The position numbers were made by a program, and so were the translations under genes. The notes under the pieces were generated by a model. That model saw only the letters and a list, made by a program, of their open reading frames with translations. It did no database searches and was not told the DNA's origin. A stretch of 64,000 bases of DNA from Candidatus Zixiibacteriota bacterium (GTDB taxonomy: Bacteria; Zixibacteria; MSB-5A5; UBA10806; 4484-95). Location: NCBI GenBank assembly GCA_037441845.1, contig JBBIRK010000005.1, positions 192,001 through 256,000 of the forward strand, read 5' to 3'. Each line of letters opens with the position of its first letter. The first letter of the stretch is position 1. Positions 58,856-64,000 of the stretch are shown here, piece after piece.

Positions 58856-60488
58856 AACGGGGAAATCGTCCTTGTCGAAGCGGCACCTGATTGTTTTTAT
58901 TCTCTATATAATTCTTGCGCTGATAAACACCTATCCGCTCATAACCGATTTTTCGGCGATGCTCGGCCCACCCGAGGACAATCAGCTTTTCGCGTGGAAC
59001 CTTTGGTGGTTCAAATTCGCCGTATTCGAACTGAATTCGTGGCCTTTTCATACGACTTATCTTTTTTATCCCGAAGGCGCCGATTTGTACTTTCATACAT
59101 TCTCCGCACTCAACTGCATTCCGGCGGCGCCGTTGCAGATTCTTATCGGCCTTGAGCCGACTTATAATCTGCTCATATTGTTGACATTCGTCTTAACGGC
59201 TTATGGCGGATATTCGCTCTGTCGATATTCAGGTTTCGGTTCGGCGGCATCGTTTTTGGGCGGCCAGGTAATATCATTCAACTCATTTCATTTGGCGCAC
59301 GCCGGGCATCACCTCAATATCAGTTCGACTTATCTTTTGCCGTTCTTGTTGTTATTCGCACTCAAAGCGGCAGAGTCGAATAAAAAAAGTGATATATTTA
59401 TCGCCGGAATATTATTCGGTGCTAATTATTTCCTGGATTTCTATATGTTTCTCTTCGGCATATTGATGCTCGCGGGTCTGATTTTTATCAAACAGCCGGA
59501 AAAGAGGTTTTCAATCCGTAGGCAGCTGAGCAAAATCGCGCCGATAATGCTGATCGGCGGCGCGCTGGCTGCTCCTCTTGCCCTGTCTGCTCTTACGCAA
59601 GCAAAATCGGGCAATTTCAGGCTTTGGACCGAGTCGCCGGAATTCGCCGCCGATCTGGCCGCTTTTATTCTCCCGCACAGTTTTCATTTATTGAAGGGGA
59701 TAGTCGCCGGCTTGAACGCGAAAATGGCGGGCAACGCCTGGGAATCCGCCGCCTTTCTCGGTTTTATCGCCTTGCCGCTTGCGCTATGCGCGATTGCAAA
59801 ATCAAAAATCAGGCACAAGGGATATTTTGCGTATCTTGCGCTTACGGGGTTGATTTTATCGCTCGGCGATCATCCATCGTGGCTCGGCAAACCGATCGAT
59901 TTCATCAAGCTGCCGGGCTATCTTTTCGATTTCATTCCGCCGCTGGATGCAATCCGCAGCCCGGGGCGATTCATATTTCTCACTTATTTGGCCATGGGAG
60001 TGCTGGTCGGCGCGGCAAGCGAGATGATCATCCAATCCGTGAAAACAAAAGCGGCCGTCGCAACTCGTTTGATACCGATATCGCTGTCTCTGCTTTTATT
60101 TTTTGATTTTTGCTCGGTTCCGTTCGAGCTGACCAAAATTCCGATACCGGAATTTTATAGGACATTGAAAAGCGAGAGCGGCGATTTTTCGATTCTAAAT
60201 ATCCCTTTCACCACCATGCAGGCCTGCGAGCGCCATATGTATTATCAGACTGTCCATCACAGGCCGATAAGCGGCGGATTTTTGGCCAGATTCGACCTCG
60301 ATTATTATACGAGGCTGATGAGTAAACCTATCAGCAGCGAATACTTCAAAGCCAGAAAAATAAAATACGTGGTGTTGCACGCGGGCTTTTTATCGAAATT
60401 CGAGTATGATGGATATCTCGAGCGGTTCGGCCGTGAATTCCAATTGGTGAAAACTGAATATGATCAAACGTTATTAAAGGTTTACTAA
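58848..60488 (+). CDS. Multi-TM GT-C/YfhO-like membrane glycosyltransferase
   Basis: EDNQLFAWNLWW, LFYPEG, many TM, RSPGRF, MYYQTVHHRPISGG periplasmic tail; ATG overlaps the hisS end. Confidence 0.6.
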   Translation: MAETGKSSLSKRHLIVFILYIILALINTYPLITDFSAMLGPPEDNQLFAWNLWWFKFAVFELNSWPFHTTYLFYPEGADLYFHTFSALNCIPAAPLQILIGLEPTYNLLILLTFVLTAYGGYSLCRYSGFGSAASFLGGQVISFNSFHLAHAGHHLNISSTYLLPFLLLFALKAAESNKKSDIFIAGILFGANYFLDFYMFLFGILMLAGLIFIKQPEKRFSIRRQLSKIAPIMLIGGALAAPLALSALTQAKSGNFRLWTESPEFAADLAAFILPHSFHLLKGIVAGLNAKMAGNAWESAAFLGFIALPLALCAIAKSKIRHKGYFAYLALTGLILSLGDHPSWLGKPIDFIKLPGYLFDFIPPLDAIRSPGRFIFLTYLAMGVLVGAASEMIIQSVKTKAAVATRLIPISLSLLLFFDFCSVPFELTKIPIPEFYRTLKSESGDFSILNIPFTTMQACERHMYYQTVHHRPISGGFLARFDLDYYTRLMSKPISSEYFKARKIKYVVLHAGFLSKFEYDGYLERFGREFQLVKTEYDQTLLKVY

Positions 60489-60527
60489 ACGGCAAAAGCG
60501 ACTTATAAAGATCCAAGCGTAAAGGTT

Positions 60528-60556
60528 TTGCCATTGCCGCCGCTTATCCATATAAT
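60528..60556 (+). promoter_or_regulatory. Sigma70 promoter
   Basis: TTGCCA-17-TATAAT. Confidence 0.65.
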
Positions 60557-60616
60557 AACGGATCGATCGGTCGGCTGAAGAAAGGGCGGCTTCGCTTCCC
60601 CGATCGTTTGGAATTT

Positions 60617-61558
60617 ATGACCTGGCGCAGATTCATCAAGACAGCTTTCGGCCTCGCAGGGGTTTTCTTTCTCGGTTATTATCTGAATAAAAACTGGGAC
60701 AGCCTCGGTGATTATGACTGGAAATTCAATTTCTGGTTATTTGCGGCCTCGATGGCCCTGCTGTGGTTGGCGATCGCCGGTTCGGTTTTTACCTATGCCC
60801 GGCTGTTGAACATGATATCCGAGAAACCGCTTTCATATTTCAAGGTTTATCGTCTGTTCAATTTGACCAATATCGGCAGATATATTCCGGGGCGGCTCTG
60901 GAGCATTATAGGCTTCGTCTATTACTCGGGCGAATATGGGATAAGTCCGAAACGCGCAGCGGTGGCGACCATAATAAACGAGGTCGCAAGCAAAACCGCC
61001 GCCCTGACGGTCGGGTTGCTTTACTTCGTTTTTTCGGACGAATACTCCAATTATCTGCCGATCATGCTGGCGGTGCTGGCGCTCGACTTTATTATCATTC
61101 ATCCGAAAATTTTGAATCGAGTGGCAAACGCGATTTTAAGACTCTTGAAAAAGAAACCGATAGAAATAGACTTTTCTTACTTTGCGGCCTTAAAAATCTG
61201 CAGCATGTACGTAATCGTCTGGATTTTCCACAGCGTGGCTTTTTATGTATTGATAGCAGCAATCACTGAACTCGGCCCGATACATCCGCTTCAATTCGCG
61301 GCGATCCTTCCCCTGTGCTGGATCATCGGGTACCTGGTCATTTTCGCCCCGGGCGGAATCGGCGTGCGGGAGGCGATGTTGGTGGTGATGCTGGGGAAAT
61401 TCATGCCGCAAGAGGTAGCGCTGATAATCGCAATCGTGCAAAGGATCTGGTTTACTCTGGTCGAGGCGATAAATTTCGTTTCCGCTTTAGTTATTCCGCT
61501 CGGAAAGGCGGCGATTTCCAATGAAACGAGCGTCGGATCGGATAAACTCGATTTATGA
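60617..61558 (+). CDS. LPG-synthase TM / flippase-like protein
   Basis: GRYIPG, APGGIGVRE, QRIW; about 8 TM. Confidence 0.8.
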   Translation: MTWRRFIKTAFGLAGVFFLGYYLNKNWDSLGDYDWKFNFWLFAASMALLWLAIAGSVFTYARLLNMISEKPLSYFKVYRLFNLTNIGRYIPGRLWSIIGFVYYSGEYGISPKRAAVATIINEVASKTAALTVGLLYFVFSDEYSNYLPIMLAVLALDFIIIHPKILNRVANAILRLLKKKPIEIDFSYFAALKICSMYVIVWIFHSVAFYVLIAAITELGPIHPLQFAAILPLCWIIGYLVIFAPGGIGVREAMLVVMLGKFMPQEVALIIAIVQRIWFTLVEAINFVSALVIPLGKAAISNETSVGSDKLDL

Positions 61559-61605
61559 TAAACATCGAAAACACCGGCCGGCGTCGATACCGGTAAGGAG
61601 CAGAA

Positions 61606-64000
61606 ATGGCAGTGGTCAGCAAAAAAACGATTCCTAATCAGGACCTGTTCGAAAATTTCCCGGGAAAGCCGTTGACGTATTACTTGGGGGTCTATCTGAT
61701 CGTTTCGATCGCTTTGTTCCATGAGGCGATATTCGGTTTCGGCAAGCTCGTCTATGGAACGGATCTGATGGCCGGGAACCTGTTTTTCAGGCAGTATCTG
61801 GTGGATTTTTTCCGCTCGCATGGAAGCTGGCCGGTCTGGGATCCGTTCATTCACGCCGGCATGCCGTTTATCGAGAGTATCCATGGCGATATTTTTTACA
61901 TTCCGAGCTTCTTGATTTATCTGCTATTAGGCGTCAATTACGGGTGGGGGTTCTTGTTCGCCCTGCATGCGTTCGCGGCGGGCGCGTTCATGCTGTTGTT
62001 CCTGAAAGAGATCGGTATCCGCGGAAAAGTGGCTTTCCTAGGGGGATTGATCTACATGGTGGCGCCGTTTTTCATCTCTCTGGTTTTCGCCGGCCACAAC
62101 GGTAAATTTTTCGTGATCGCGTTGACCCCGCTGTTGTTTTTTATATATCTGAAGGCGGCCAATTCCGGAAAACTAATTTATTACCTTTTTCTTTCGATCG
62201 TCATGTTTTTGGTGATGACCACACCGCATATGCAGCTTGCCTACTTCCTGTTTTGGGCGCTCGCCTTATTCGTGGTTTTCGACTTGGTCGGACGTTGGCG
62301 AAAAGAAAATAAATTTCCGCTGCGGCCTCTCGCTTTTTTCGGGTTGTCGGCGGTATTGGGAATCTTGCTTTCGCTGGTGCAATTTTTGGCACCGTATCAA
62401 TACCTGAAACAGTATTCCATGCGCACGATACGCAGTGAATCGGGCAAAGGATATGAGTATTCGACATCGTGGTCGATGCACTGGGAAGAAGCCGCGGCCA
62501 ATTTCTTTCCGGAGTTTTGCGGCGATGACATTTCCGGGCAAAAACAAACTTACTGGGGCCGCAACCCCTTTAAGCTGAATTCCGAGCATGTGAGTATCGT
62601 GGCTTTGTTCCTGAGCATTTTCGGAATCCTTTTATGGAAAAAACCTGATAAATGGTTTTTTCTTATCGCCGCGATTATCGCCGGCCTTTTCACGCTCGGC
62701 GCGAACACCCCGTTTTTCAAGCTTTTTTATATGATACCGGGTATCAGCAGTTTCCGCGCCCCGAGCCTGGCGACATTCGTGTTCGGCTTTTCGCTGGTAA
62801 CCCTCGGATCGATGGGGCTCGATGCCTTTCTCGGCCTGCAAAAAGGCGACAAAGAATTGAAGAAAGCCTGGACGGTATTTGCCTATGCTTGTATTGCTTA
62901 CAGCGCGATTGCCTTGTTTATGATAATTTTCCAGATGGGTTTTTTCGAAATTTGGTTTTCTTTAACCGGATATTCACCGGAGCCTCGCAAACTCGACACC
63001 CTGCGTCAAGCGCTGGACAATATCACGATCGGAGCGGTGATCAGTCTGGCTTTCGTTTGGGTGCTTTTCGGACTGTTGCGATATAACCTGGAAAAGAAAA
63101 TCAGATCGGATATGCTCGTTTTGGTGTTGGCGGCGATGACTGCCATATATATGTGGAGTTTCGATTCGCGTTATATAATGACCATCAATCCGAAACAGCA
63201 TCTCGGCCGCACACCGATCGTCGATTTTTTCAAGGCTCGCCAGCAATTGGAAGGCCCATTCAGGGTGATGGTTCTACCGCAAACTCTACCGGATTACTAT
63301 CTGGCCTATCACCATATCGAGGAACTTTCGTTCAGTCAAATGCACGGAAATCATCTTGCAAGTTTCGAAATACTCGCCGGAAACCGGGGCTCTACTTATG
63401 GATTGGTATTCCAGCCGGTTCAGGACCTTTTCAATATCAGGTATTTCGTAAGCCGACAGCAGCTGCCCCAACAACGATTCAAAGAAGAGGCAAGATTCGG
63501 TGAAATCAAAATATATCGAAACCTGACCGCCTTGCCGCGAGCGTTCCCCGTTTACGATTGGGAAATCCAGCCCGATGAGAACGCGGCGATAGGGATATTG
63601 ACGGACACTTCTTTTGCCTATGGCACCCGGTTGCTGCTGACGGAACCGCCGCCCGGATTGAATAAACCCGCGGCCGATACTTCGCTCGGGGCACCGGTCG
63701 CCGCCAGAGTTTATGACAACGAAAACTCGAGTTTCAAAATCGACGTGGATATGCTGGAAGACGGCTTGCTTTTCTTGAGCGAAAATTATTACCCACCGTG
63801 GAAAGTCTATGAAAACGGAAAAATATTGACCACGTTAAAAGCTGACGTGAATTTCCGGGCGATCCCTCTCAAAAAAGGCAAACATACCGTAATCTGCCGT
63901 TTCGAGAATAAGACCTACGAAGCCTCGTTCGATATCTGTCTGATCACCTTGGTGGGGATTATAGTTCTATCGGTGTTCAACATAATAAGAAATAGAATTA
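61606..64000 (+). CDS. YfhO-family membrane protein (partial, runs off window end; missing from the ORF track)
   Basis: AAGGAG RBS then MAVVSKK; WPVWDPFIHAGMP, FRAPS, C-terminal LFLSENYYPPWKVYENG..FRAIPLKKGKH; frame is open at the window end. Confidence 0.8.
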   Translation, partial: MAVVSKKTIPNQDLFENFPGKPLTYYLGVYLIVSIALFHEAIFGFGKLVYGTDLMAGNLFFRQYLVDFFRSHGSWPVWDPFIHAGMPFIESIHGDIFYIPSFLIYLLLGVNYGWGFLFALHAFAAGAFMLLFLKEIGIRGKVAFLGGLIYMVAPFFISLVFAGHNGKFFVIALTPLLFFIYLKAANSGKLIYYLFLSIVMFLVMTTPHMQLAYFLFWALALFVVFDLVGRWRKENKFPLRPLAFFGLSAVLGILLSLVQFLAPYQYLKQYSMRTIRSESGKGYEYSTSWSMHWEEAAANFFPEFCGDDISGQKQTYWGRNPFKLNSEHVSIVALFLSIFGILLWKKPDKWFFLIAAIIAGLFTLGANTPFFKLFYMIPGISSFRAPSLATFVFGFSLVTLGSMGLDAFLGLQKGDKELKKAWTVFAYACIAYSAIALFMIIFQMGFFEIWFSLTGYSPEPRKLDTLRQALDNITIGAVISLAFVWVLFGLLRYNLEKKIRSDMLVLVLAAMTAIYMWSFDSRYIMTINPKQHLGRTPIVDFFKARQQLEGPFRVMVLPQTLPDYYLAYHHIEELSFSQMHGNHLASFEILAGNRGSTYGLVFQPVQDLFNIRYFVSRQQLPQQRFKEEARFGEIKIYRNLTALPRAFPVYDWEIQPDENAAIGILTDTSFAYGTRLLLTEPPPGLNKPAADTSLGAPVAARVYDNENSSFKIDVDMLEDGLLFLSENYYPPWKVYENGKILTTLKADVNFRAIPLKKGKHTVICRFENKTYEASFDICLITLVGIIVLSVFNIIRNRI

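Overview
Core-genome window from a Gram-negative bacterium. An LpxC-FabZ fusion, PorV/PorQ, LptE and YfhO-type genes point to an FCB-type lineage such as Zixibacteria; this is an inference. The first 17 kb hold a partial enolase, a vWA protein, a prenyl synthase, an SDR and a long minus-strand TCA operon (arcC-cca-sucCD-korDABC-ndk-larA-mdh-liaF-icd). Next come an ArcE-type arginine synthetase divergent from carbamate kinase, a GNAT and a five-gene tdh-acpS-acsA-ACP-kbl cluster. After that, menA lies divergent from an 11-subunit complex I (no NuoEFG) that has a split GT4 glycosyltransferase between nuoM and nuoN. Ion and envelope genes, hutI, an Ala-Cys-Gly HutH-like lyase and sigma54-driven minor pilins follow. 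The window ends with tRNA-Ser, tRNA-His plus hisS, and three membrane glycosylation genes. The best candidates for new biology are (1) a carrier-protein-dependent glycine+acetate <-> threonine module, (2) a tRNA-His lacking G-1 (G1:U72, A73) beside an alphaproteobacterial-type HisRS in what looks like a non-alphaproteobacterium, and (3) the split glycosyltransferase inside the nuo operon. No CRISPR array, transposase or integrase was seen. All family calls come from motif recognition by eye, not from database searches.
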